Origin: Candidatus Methylomirabilota bacterium
GTDB taxonomy: Bacteria; Methylomirabilota; Methylomirabilia; Rokubacteriales; DASRDR01
Direction: 5' to 3'
Assembly (NCBI GenBank): GCA_035550795.1
Contig: DASZOL010000068.1
Location: 16,202 to 80,201, forward strand
Length of the DNA: 64,000 nt
The first letter of the stretch is position 1. Every line of letters begins with the position of its first letter. Below, in pieces: positions 29,591-37,684 of the stretch. Made by a program: the position numbers and the translations under genes. The notes below the pieces were generated by a model. It saw only the letters and a list, made by a program, of their open reading frames with translations. It was not told where the DNA came from and did no database searches.

Positions 29591-30612
29591 TCGAGAACCG
29601 GGCCGGCCTCGACCTCGGAGCGACCGAGCGCTTCGCGGCGATCGTCGGCGAGGCCCCGTCGAGGGGCGCTCGATCGCCGTCGCTGTGGAATGCGGCGTTC
29701 CGCTCGCTCGGGATCTCCGCGACGATGCATCCGCTCGACGTGCGCCCGGAGAACCTGGCGGTGGCCATCGCGACGCTGCGCGACGATGCGCGGTTCATCG
29801 GGGGCGCCGTCGCGGTGCCGTACAAGCAGACGGTGGCGTCTTTGCTCGACGAGATCGAGCCGGAAGCGCGCGCCATCGGCGCGGTGAACTGCCTCTATCG
29901 CCGGGGACACGCCCTGGTGGGCGCGAACACCGACGGCGCCGGCTTTCTCTCCGTGCTCGCGGCGGAGCTCGGCGAGGGCTTTCTTCGCGGCCGGAGCGGC
30001 GTCGTGCTCGGAGCCGGCGGAGCGGGCCGCGCAGTGGCCACGTACGTCGGCGCGGCGATCGGAAGGGACGGCCGGCTCGTGCTTGCCAACCGCACGATTG
30101 ACCGGGCGGAGAGCCTCGCCGGACAGCTGCGGGGGACCACGAAGGTGGAGGTTTCGGGCCTCCCGGTCGAGCCCGGGGTCCTCGCCGAGGCCGACGTCGT
30201 GGTGAACTGCACCTCGATCGGCTTCGAGGCGGTGCGCAGCGACGGCGCCGGCGCGTACACGCTGAGACCGTACACGCCCCTCGCGGAGGTCGACGCGGAG
30301 CTGCGCGTGCCTGCCGGGGAGCGAGCGGGTCGACGCTACATGATCGCAGCTCGCGGCGCTGTCCTTCGCAACGCGCACGGCACCTTCGAGGCGCTCGCTC
30401 GCGCCTGCGAGCGCGCGGTTGTCTGCGACATCGTCTATCAGCCCCTGCAAACCGCGCTCTTGAACGCCGCCGCCTGCTTTGGATTGAGGACCATCGACGG
30501 GCTCCGGATGAACTTCGAGCAGGCCGTGATCGCGTTCCGCAAGGCCGCCGAAGGGTCTGCCCTTGGCCCGTGTGAGGCGGAGCGTGTGCGCGCGGCGATG
30601 CGGTCGGCGTAG
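29587..30612 (+). CDS. shikimate dehydrogenase family (AroE-like) NAD(P)-dependent dehydrogenase
   Basis: SPSLWNAAF, AVPYK (catalytic Lys), GANTDGAGF (Asp) and VVLGAGGAGRAVA (NADP motif). GTGA overlap with the preceding gene at 29587-29590. Confidence 0.75.
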   Translation: MIENRAGLDLGATERFAAIVGEAPSRGARSPSLWNAAFRSLGISATMHPLDVRPENLAVAIATLRDDARFIGGAVAVPYKQTVASLLDEIEPEARAIGAVNCLYRRGHALVGANTDGAGFLSVLAAELGEGFLRGRSGVVLGAGGAGRAVATYVGAAIGRDGRLVLANRTIDRAESLAGQLRGTTKVEVSGLPVEPGVLAEADVVVNCTSIGFEAVRSDGAGAYTLRPYTPLAEVDAELRVPAGERAGRRYMIAARGAVLRNAHGTFEALARACERAVVCDIVYQPLQTALLNAAACFGLRTIDGLRMNFEQAVIAFRKAAEGSALGPCEAERVRAAMRSA

Positions 30613-30778
30613 GCGTCGGAGCGCGAAGGCCGCCGCGTTGAGGTCGGTTCTCGATCGTCGCTAGGCCGAGGCTTCATCGCGCCGAGCCTCTCACCGGGAG
30701 ACCTGGAGGCGCGGGTGCACGCTTTTCGAGCGGGAGGGTCATGGCCGGACGCATCCGCGCCGATGACTCGACTGTTCC

Positions 30779-32083
30779 GTGAGTAACTTCCTCTTTCTCC
30801 TCCGGACCTACGCCGAGGTCGACCACATCGCGCCGCTGATCTGGAAGTGCCTCGAGAAGGGCGACCGCGCGCTGGTCGTGCTTCACCACTCGCTGGGGTC
30901 CCGCGACGACTTCCGGATGAGGTTTCTGGCGACGTATCCGGGCTTCCGGCGCCTGAGCATCCCCGGTGCCGGGTCGACGCAGCCAGTCCTGCGGCTGGCC
31001 GGCCGCCTCTTCTGGTCGCGCGCCCGCGCGCGCGCGCTCCTGGAGCGCCACCGAATCTCGGCGTGCTTCGTCGGATCGGGCTCCGGACTCGGCCCCCGGA
31101 GTCGACGGCCGACCCCTAGGGAGGTCGAGCAGGGGCGGATGGCAAGGGTCTACGTCCCCGGGCGTCGAGACCTGACCAGACTCCTCGGTCGTGCTCTGCG
31201 GCCCTTCAGTGCATCGGTGCTGCTCGCGGCCCGTCAGAGCGCGATTCCGACGTTCTGTCTCCCGAGCGGCATCGGCACCAGGGTGCAGAGGGACTTCCGG
31301 CGCCGACGGCTCGACGTGATGCGGCAGGCGGCGCGAGGGAGGGTGCCGCCGGACTGGCGGAGCCAGTACACCCTCTACGTCTACGCGTCCGAGCTCCAGC
31401 GGCGGCGGGAGATCGAGGACGATGGCCTCGACCCGCGTAGCGCCGAGGCCTGGGGCAGCTTGCGATTCTGCCCGCAGTGGCTGGCCGTGCAGGACCGCAT
31501 CCTCGGCGACGCGGGATGGCCCGCGCCCGCGCTGGAGCCCCGCACCGGGGTCCTGTTTCTCGTGCCCAAGTGGGGCCGGTTCGTGGACAGGGCGGCGACG
31601 GAAGCCCTGCTGCTCGGGCTGGCGGCACGCCGCGACATCCGGCTGGTTCTCAAGCCCCATCCGACCAAGGGGGGCCTCGGCGAGGAGCTGGCGAGAAAGC
31701 TCCGGCCGCATCCGACCGTAACTCTCGCCGGCGACACGCACTCCTCGGTGCTGGTCCGAGCCACGGACGTCACCGTGGTCGAGAGCTCCAGCGTCGCCAT
31801 CGAAGCCCTCATGCGGGGCAAGCATCTCATCTACGCGTCGTATCTCCACTCCGTCCCCGAAGACTTCGACGAGCACGGTGGCTGCTCGATCGCCCATGCA
31901 CCGGCCGACGTGCACCGAGCCCTTGACATGATTGCTCGGGGCATCCCGCCTCCGGTTGACGCGGACGCGCGGGCCCGGCTCCTGCGCATGCTCGTGTACG
32001 GAGGGCGGGAGCCGTTCGACATCCCGGAGCACTACTACGGGCGAATCCAGCGCTACATCGGCGCGGCAGGCTCTGGGCCCTGA
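30779..32083 (+). CDS. hypothetical GT-B-like protein (TagF/KpsS/surface-carbohydrate-biosynthesis-like), paralog B
   Basis: 434 aa. Paralog of 20845-22179. Contains LVLKPHPTKG (an HP motif) and VVESSSVAIEALMRGKHLIY. GTG start. Confidence 0.65.
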   Translation: MSNFLFLLRTYAEVDHIAPLIWKCLEKGDRALVVLHHSLGSRDDFRMRFLATYPGFRRLSIPGAGSTQPVLRLAGRLFWSRARARALLERHRISACFVGSGSGLGPRSRRPTPREVEQGRMARVYVPGRRDLTRLLGRALRPFSASVLLAARQSAIPTFCLPSGIGTRVQRDFRRRRLDVMRQAARGRVPPDWRSQYTLYVYASELQRRREIEDDGLDPRSAEAWGSLRFCPQWLAVQDRILGDAGWPAPALEPRTGVLFLVPKWGRFVDRAATEALLLGLAARRDIRLVLKPHPTKGGLGEELARKLRPHPTVTLAGDTHSSVLVRATDVTVVESSSVAIEALMRGKHLIYASYLHSVPEDFDEHGGCSIAHAPADVHRALDMIARGIPPPVDADARARLLRMLVYGGREPFDIPEHYYGRIQRYIGAAGSGP

Positions 32084-32166
32084 TACGCGCCTCCCGCGCA
32101 CGTGGAAGCGTCGTCGTACTTGACGCGCACGCGGCGAGCGGGCTCGGGACGGCAGGAGCCGGGCGG

Positions 32167-33096
32167 TCAATAGCCGTAGAGCTTGTTCAGCCACCCGCCG
32201 ACGACCTCGAACGCGGCGCGCCGGGCGACGGACATCTCGGTCCGCCACCGCTCGTCGAGCCGGATGGCCTGCTCGGCAGTGCTCCGGACCGTGGGACTGC
32301 CCCGCACGCCGAGATACGGGTGGCTGCGGAACTGGAGCATGGCCGGCTCGTAGTCGAGGCCGACGAAGGCGCACACCTTGGCGAGGCTTCGAGCCGGGTC
32401 CTGCGCGAGGTCCTCGTAGCGAAGCTGCAGCCAGCGGTCGCGCCCGACCAGGCTGCGAAGCACCGGCGCCGAGAGCGACGCGACCATCCACGTGCGGAGG
32501 CCGCCGGCGAAGTTATCGTAGCGTCGCACGTACGACTGCGTCACGGCGCGACCATCCCGTAGGAGGTGCAGGACGCGTAGCTGGAAGCGACCCGACCGCG
32601 CCAGGAGAACGAGGCGGGGAGGGGCCTTCGAGCTGTCGGTCACGACCTGCGCGCGCGCGGAGCGATGGGCGCAGTCGATCACTAGCTGGTTGCGCCGAGC
32701 CCAGGCGTCGACCCGGGACGGAGACCAGCGCACCGCCTGGCGTAGCCGCGGATGGGTGAGGTCAATACTGGTCCACGACTGGCCGCCGGCTTCGCAGCAT
32801 CCGCGAACGAGCTCCCAGAACCGTCGCACTTCGGCCGGGAACGCGTCGCTGGGGAGACCCGTCGCCGCGAGAGGGTCGAAGCGAGTCACCAGGGTCGAGA
32901 GCTCGCCCAGGGCCAGCACCCGGGGGTGGCCGCTGAGCAGGAGGTCGAGAAGCGTGGAGCCGGATCGGCCGCTCCCGAACACGTAGAGCAGAGTGTACTC
33001 GCGAGCCACGTCGCCGGGCGCGCGCGATCTCACGCGGTCACGACCTCGGTCGGCCCGAGGGCGAGCCGCCGGCGACGCCGCGAGCGCCTTCCTCAC
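32167..33096 (-). CDS. sulfotransferase family protein
   Basis: FGSGRSGSTLL (5'-PSB loop) and LLRDGRAV (3'-PB-like). The start is set at GTG 33096, which forms a GTGA overlap with the upstream gene's stop. The ORF extends to 33171. Confidence 0.7.
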   Translation of the reverse strand: MRKALAASPAARPRADRGRDRVRSRAPGDVAREYTLLYVFGSGRSGSTLLDLLLSGHPRVLALGELSTLVTRFDPLAATGLPSDAFPAEVRRFWELVRGCCEAGGQSWTSIDLTHPRLRQAVRWSPSRVDAWARRNQLVIDCAHRSARAQVVTDSSKAPPRLVLLARSGRFQLRVLHLLRDGRAVTQSYVRRYDNFAGGLRTWMVASLSAPVLRSLVGRDRWLQLRYEDLAQDPARSLAKVCAFVGLDYEPAMLQFRSHPYLGVRGSPTVRSTAEQAIRLDERWRTEMSVARRAAFEVVGGWLNKLYGY

Positions 33097-33965
33097 CGCG
33101 GAACGGGTCGCTGGCCGATCGGCAACGATCGTCGCAGGCGCGAGACCCCACGCCTCAGCCGCCTCAGCCACTCCCGTCGTAACGCGGCCGCTGTCTGGAA
33201 CGGGCTCACGTCGAACAGCGGGCCTTTCAGGTCACCCAGAACGTTCAGAAAGCATCTGGGCCTGGAAGTGACCGACCGTGGGGACACTCCGTGGAGGGAC
33301 TGGAGCGAGTTCACGAAGAGCACGAGGACGTTCGTGTCGTACCGGATCGTCCTGATCCGTTCCACGCGGGTCTGATCGGCGACCCTTCCGTCGAATCGCC
33401 AGCTGGGCGTCGTGAACCTGTAGAGCTCCAGGTCGCCCCCCTCCGAGTCGTCCTCCGGGTGGCGCAGGTAGAAGAGCCCGGCGAACAGCTCCTTGGGGAC
33501 ATCGAGGTGAACGGGCTGCACCGACGTCGGCCGATCGGTGACGGGTGTGTTGACGCAGATCTGGGCATCGAGCAGGACGTCCGGATCCGAGCCGTCGGGG
33601 GACCCTCTCAGGCCCACCTTCAACGATGCAAGGCCGCCGCCGGCCTGGCCAAGGGTGGGGTAGAGCGACCCAACGGACGGACCGAACAGGCCGATGAACT
33701 CCTCCCAGAAGCTGGGCGACACGTGGGCGGCGACGACCTCTCTCCACAGCGGGCTGATCCGGGCGTCCTGGAGCACGCGCGTGGCGGAGTAGCTGAACCG
33801 CTGATTGCTCTGGAATGGCCGACCTCTCGTGATGATGTCCAGGGAAGGGTACTCGGCGAGCAGCTGGGCGCACATCCGCGGGTCCAGCGGTTCACGGACC
33901 ACGACGTGAGGAAACGGCTCCACGATCACATCGTGGGCCTGGACCCCGGACAAGAGCGTCTTCAC
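33093..33965 (-). CDS. putative 2OG-Fe(II) oxygenase
   Basis: VHLDVP (HxD), a distal LHGVSP and RPRCFLN. GTG at 33965 is preceded by GGAGAGG. Confidence 0.55.
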   Translation of the reverse strand: MKTLLSGVQAHDVIVEPFPHVVVREPLDPRMCAQLLAEYPSLDIITRGRPFQSNQRFSYSATRVLQDARISPLWREVVAAHVSPSFWEEFIGLFGPSVGSLYPTLGQAGGGLASLKVGLRGSPDGSDPDVLLDAQICVNTPVTDRPTSVQPVHLDVPKELFAGLFYLRHPEDDSEGGDLELYRFTTPSWRFDGRVADQTRVERIRTIRYDTNVLVLFVNSLQSLHGVSPRSVTSRPRCFLNVLGDLKGPLFDVSPFQTAAALRREWLRRLRRGVSRLRRSLPIGQRPVPR

Positions 33966-34035
33966 GGCCCGGCACCTCTCCGCCCGGACGGATCCGGGGC
34001 AGCAGATGCCAGGAGGCCCGGCCGTACCGGGGCTT

Positions 34036-34950
34036 TCAACTTTCGCCGGGCCCGTCCCACCCGAGGTCTTGGTTGAGCAGGTCATAGAGACGCCGGTTGT
34101 GCGGCTTGAAGTACTCGATCAGCCGGGCGCGAATCGCAGGGTCCACGTCCCCGTACACGCCGGGGTTCTGCCGGGAATAGGAGGGCGGTTCCCACATCGG
34201 CAGACCGAGGAACTCGAGGATCGAGCGGTAGGTCTGCGCGGGATCTCGGAAGAGATGCTCAGCGGGGACCACGCAGATCTGCTCGCGGGGAAAGTGGCGC
34301 AGCCAGCGGCCGAGCTGCTCGGCGTATCTCCCGCGGGCTAGGTAGGAGTGGCGATGATGCTCGGAGCCCTGAAACAAGGGATCGGGCACCCTTGCTTCCG
34401 CCTCGGCCGCCAGCCGGCGTTCCTCGCACTCGATCGCCTCGACGAGGGAGAGCGGCTCGCGGCCCTTCATCCGCTCCCGGTGGTAGTGAGAGATCGCGCG
34501 GTCTGCGGGATTGCGGATCATGACGATGAGCTTCGCCCCCGGGAGCAACTCAGCCAGCCGCGCCGGAACGTGCGGGTGAAAGAGATAGTACGGACTCGCT
34601 TCGCCAGTCACGTAGCAGGAGCCTTTGAAGAATCGGTGCAAGGCCCGATCCATGATCGTCGGGAAGTGAGCGAGATACCAGTCCGGACCATTGTCGTACG
34701 CGAAGTCGAAGAAGTGCACCTCTTTGCGCAGCGGAGGCGCCACGCACGGGTGCTGGACGAGGTAGTGGTAAAGCGAGGTCGTGCCAGCACGCTGGGCGCC
34801 GATGATCACGAAGTCCGGAAGGACGCGGAACCGTGCGCTCCATCGACGGAGCGTGAACGCTCCCGACCTGAGGGCGGCTCGCGGAGCGCGCATGAGTCGG
34901 CGCCCGAGAGAGGGACGACGACTGCCGCTGCGAGGCGCCCGGTTCAGCAT
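34036..34950 (-). CDS. sulfotransferase domain protein
   Basis: IIGAQRAGTTSLYHYL (PAPS 5'-PSB loop) and MIRNPADRAISHY (3'-PB). ATG at 34950 is chosen as the start; the ORF extends to 35025. Confidence 0.75.
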   Translation of the reverse strand: MLNRAPRSGSRRPSLGRRLMRAPRAALRSGAFTLRRWSARFRVLPDFVIIGAQRAGTTSLYHYLVQHPCVAPPLRKEVHFFDFAYDNGPDWYLAHFPTIMDRALHRFFKGSCYVTGEASPYYLFHPHVPARLAELLPGAKLIVMIRNPADRAISHYHRERMKGREPLSLVEAIECEERRLAAEAEARVPDPLFQGSEHHRHSYLARGRYAEQLGRWLRHFPREQICVVPAEHLFRDPAQTYRSILEFLGLPMWEPPSYSRQNPGVYGDVDPAIRARLIEYFKPHNRRLYDLLNQDLGWDGPGES

Positions 34951-35335
34951 GCCCCGGCGGGCAGGACGGCCGCTCGTTGGGTGCGCGAGGGATGAATCGT
35001 CACCCGTCGACGCCTTCAGTGGCATCGCCCCGGATCGGTACCCGCGCGACCGCCCCGTGGCGCCCGAGCGGCGCCGACGAGGTTTCTCGGACCCTTCCGG
35101 CCGCCGTCCGTGCGGTCAGCCGGCGGTCCGGGAAATGCCTGGTCGAGCCCACCCTGCGCGCGTTCCACGGCTCCCTCCGCGCCGTCAGGATAGCCCGGGA
35201 CGCCGCTGGAGACACCAGGGATGCTCGCCGGCGGGCCGCCGGGGTCCGGGTACGCGCACGCGGTCGACCCGCCGGGCGCCCCGGCGCCCGGCGAGCTCAT
35301 GGTATCGCGCCGGGGGGAATCGTATACTCCGCGCC

Positions 35336-36574
35336 GTGCCCGGGTTCAGCTGGCTCCGCCTCATCGCGCTGATCGCGTTTGCGGGCACCTACCTCGGCCT
35401 TGCCCTCGGCCGCCTTCCCGGCTTCCGCGTGGACCGGACGGGCGTGGCCATCATCGGCGCGACCGTGATGGTGGTCGGGGGGGTGCTCCCCTGGGAGCAG
35501 GCCGTCGCGGCCGTCGACGCCCAAACGCTGGTGCTCCTCTTCGGCATGATGATCGTCGCAGCGTACCTCAGGCTGTCCGGCTTCTTTCACCTGGTGACGC
35601 ACTGGGCGGTCCGGCGCGCCCGTGGGCCGGTGGGACTCTTGGCGGTCGTCGTCCTGGCGTCCGGCGTTCTGTCGGCGCTCTTCGTCAACGACGTGATCTG
35701 CATCGTGCTCACGCCCGTCGTGCTGGCCCTGGTCCGGCAGTTCCGGCTGCCCCCGGTGCCCTACCTGCTGGCTCTCGCGACGGCGGCCAATGTGGGGAGC
35801 GTGGCCACCCTGACGGGGAACCCGCAGAACATGCTGATCGGCAGCTTCTCGGGCATCAGCTACCGCGCCTTCCTGGCGCACCAGGCGCCGGTCGCCGCGC
35901 TCGGCCTCGCGTGCGTCCTCGGGGTGCTCTGGCTCGCCTATCGCCGGCAGCTGCCCGCCGAGCTCCCTCCCGTGAACCTGGCCGCTCACTTCCCGGTGCA
36001 CGCCGCGATCATGACGAAGACGATCGTGGCGGTCTGCTTCATGCTGGTCGCGTTCTTCGCCGGCGTGCCCATCGCGCTGGTCGCGATCGGTGGCGCCGCC
36101 GCCTCGCTGCTCACGAGGCGCGTCAAGCCGGAGAAGGTCTACCGCGAGATTGACTGGCACCTGCTGGTCCTCTTCACCGGGCTCTTCGTCGTCATCGGTG
36201 GTGTCGAGGCGGCGCACCTGACCGACCATCTCTTCAGACTGGCCGGCCGGTTTGCCCTGTACCGGCCCGCCGTGCTCACCGCGGTCACGGCGGTGCTCTC
36301 CAACCTCGTCTCGAACGTGCCCGCCGTCCTGCTCTTCAAGACAGTCGTGCCGGAATTCGGCGAGCCGGCGCGGGCGTGGCTCGTCCTGGCCATGGCCTCC
36401 ACCCTGGCGGGCAACCTCACCATCCTGGGTTCGGTGGCGAACCTGATCGTCGTGGAGGCCGCACGGGAGGAGCGCGTGACGATCGGGTTCTGGGAGTACG
36501 CGCGGGTCGGCGTACCCCTCACGCTCGTGACGCTCGTGCTCGGCTGGGCCGTCCTGGTCCTGTTGCCGGCGTAG
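35336..36574 (+). CDS. ArsB/NhaD-superfamily (SLC13/CitMHS-like) anion permease
   Basis: Polytopic, with LATAANVGSVATLTGNPQNMLIG and STLAGNLTILGSVANLIVVE repeats typical of the superfamily. The GTG start lies 7 nt after a TATACT box. Confidence 0.7.
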   Translation: MPGFSWLRLIALIAFAGTYLGLALGRLPGFRVDRTGVAIIGATVMVVGGVLPWEQAVAAVDAQTLVLLFGMMIVAAYLRLSGFFHLVTHWAVRRARGPVGLLAVVVLASGVLSALFVNDVICIVLTPVVLALVRQFRLPPVPYLLALATAANVGSVATLTGNPQNMLIGSFSGISYRAFLAHQAPVAALGLACVLGVLWLAYRRQLPAELPPVNLAAHFPVHAAIMTKTIVAVCFMLVAFFAGVPIALVAIGGAAASLLTRRVKPEKVYREIDWHLLVLFTGLFVVIGGVEAAHLTDHLFRLAGRFALYRPAVLTAVTAVLSNLVSNVPAVLLFKTVVPEFGEPARAWLVLAMASTLAGNLTILGSVANLIVVEAAREERVTIGFWEYARVGVPLTLVTLVLGWAVLVLLPA

Positions 36575-36669
36575 CGCCCGCCGTCGGGGGGCCGAAGACG
36601 GCACGGGGGACGCCTCGCGCGGGCCGTCCTCGACGGCGGCTCGCGCCGGACCTGTGCTACCGTGGAGTC

Positions 36670-36978
36670 GTGGCGGCGATTCGCTGGCTGCTCGTGTTCC
36701 TCCTCTGGGCGGTGCTGGACCTGTCCGGCGCCATCTTTCTCGTGCCGGTCGAGGCGCTCGAGGAGTCGGAGGACGTCGCGCAGCGGCCCGTGCTCAGGCG
36801 ACGTGACCGCAGGCCCGACCTGCGTGCGACGCCGGCGGGGCGACAGGATGTCGACCGCGCGGCCCGCCTGTCGCGTCTCGTCGCCACCGCGGCGCCGCGA
36901 CGGGCCCCCGAGACCCGCGCCGCGCGCAAGCTTCCTCAGCCTGACGCCGATTCCGGCTCTCCAGCAGACGACCACTAG
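36670..36978 (+). CDS. small hypothetical membrane protein (weak)
   Basis: The GTG at 36670 opens a frame with one clear TM segment (AAIRWLLVFLLWAVLDLSGAIFLVPV), followed by an Arg-rich tail. No Shine-Dalgarno sequence seen. It may be a spurious ORF. Confidence 0.2.
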   Translation: MAAIRWLLVFLLWAVLDLSGAIFLVPVEALEESEDVAQRPVLRRRDRRPDLRATPAGRQDVDRAARLSRLVATAAPRRAPETRAARKLPQPDADSGSPADDH

Positions 36979-37096
36979 CCCTCCCCGGCCCTCGTCGCTC
37001 CTCGACTGAGTCGCCCCGCTCGCTGCGGCATGGCCAGCCCGTGCCGCGGGCGGGAGCGCGTCGCCTGTCCCTTGTCACGGGCAGAGGGGAAGAGCC

Positions 37097-37681
37097 ATGG
37101 AGATCCATCGTCAGGTCGATGACCGTTCCAGCGTTCCGGATACCGCCCGGCGCATCCTCGTCGCCGTCCACGGCCGCGAGCCGGCCAGATGGGAGGTGGA
37201 GGTAGGCCGCGCCCTCATGCTCTCGCCGCGGGCGACCGTCCAGGTGCTGGCCATCACGGACGTGCCATCACCACCGTTCGCGGCGCTCCTTCCATCGGCA
37301 CGCCGAGCCCGTGCCCGGGCGTTCGCCGAGTGGCGACGCATCGAGGCGGCCAACGTCGCGCAGCGCCTCGAGGCGTTGCTCGCGCGCCTGTCCGCCGTCC
37401 CGGACGTGGCGTGGGTCCACGTGCCCGACGCGGACCCCGGCCGGACGATCGTGGAGCGCGCCGCCGCCTGGGGCGCCGACCTGGTCGTCGTCGGCGTGGA
37501 CCCGGCGAGCTGGCTGCACCGGCGCCTCCTCGGCGCGCTGCACGAGCGGGTGGTGGCCCGGGCGAGCTGCGCCGTCCTGGTCCTGCCGCCGGTGGAGCGC
37601 GGCGTGGCGCGGGTGAGGGAAGAAAGCTCGCCCGCCGGGCGGGGCCGAGACGGGACGGTCGCCGCGAAGGGAGGCGCGTGA
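37097..37681 (+). CDS. universal stress protein (UspA family)
   Basis: RILVAVHG...TIVERAAAWGADLVVVG...HERVVARASCAVLVL pattern. Confidence 0.7.
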   Translation: MEIHRQVDDRSSVPDTARRILVAVHGREPARWEVEVGRALMLSPRATVQVLAITDVPSPPFAALLPSARRARARAFAEWRRIEAANVAQRLEALLARLSAVPDVAWVHVPDADPGRTIVERAAAWGADLVVVGVDPASWLHRRLLGALHERVVARASCAVLVLPPVERGVARVREESSPAGRGRDGTVAAKGGA

Positions 37682-37684
37682 CGG

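Noticed and set aside
28691-30612. Reading the DAHPS-like and AroE-like genes as ordinary shikimate-pathway genes.
   Set aside because: Not favoured, for three reasons. They are coupled to a cytidylyltransferase and a sugar-type oxidoreductase inside a glycan island. No other aro genes are nearby. Key substrate and metal positions of the aldolase are substituted. It cannot be excluded without the whole genome.
36575-37096. Roughly 520-bp gap with several overlapping ORFs (36376-36978, 36662-37009, 36657-36929, 36794-37171).
   Set aside because: Only one frame shows a plausible TM segment, reported at low confidence. The others are Arg/Pro-rich and mutually overlapping, with no supporting signals.
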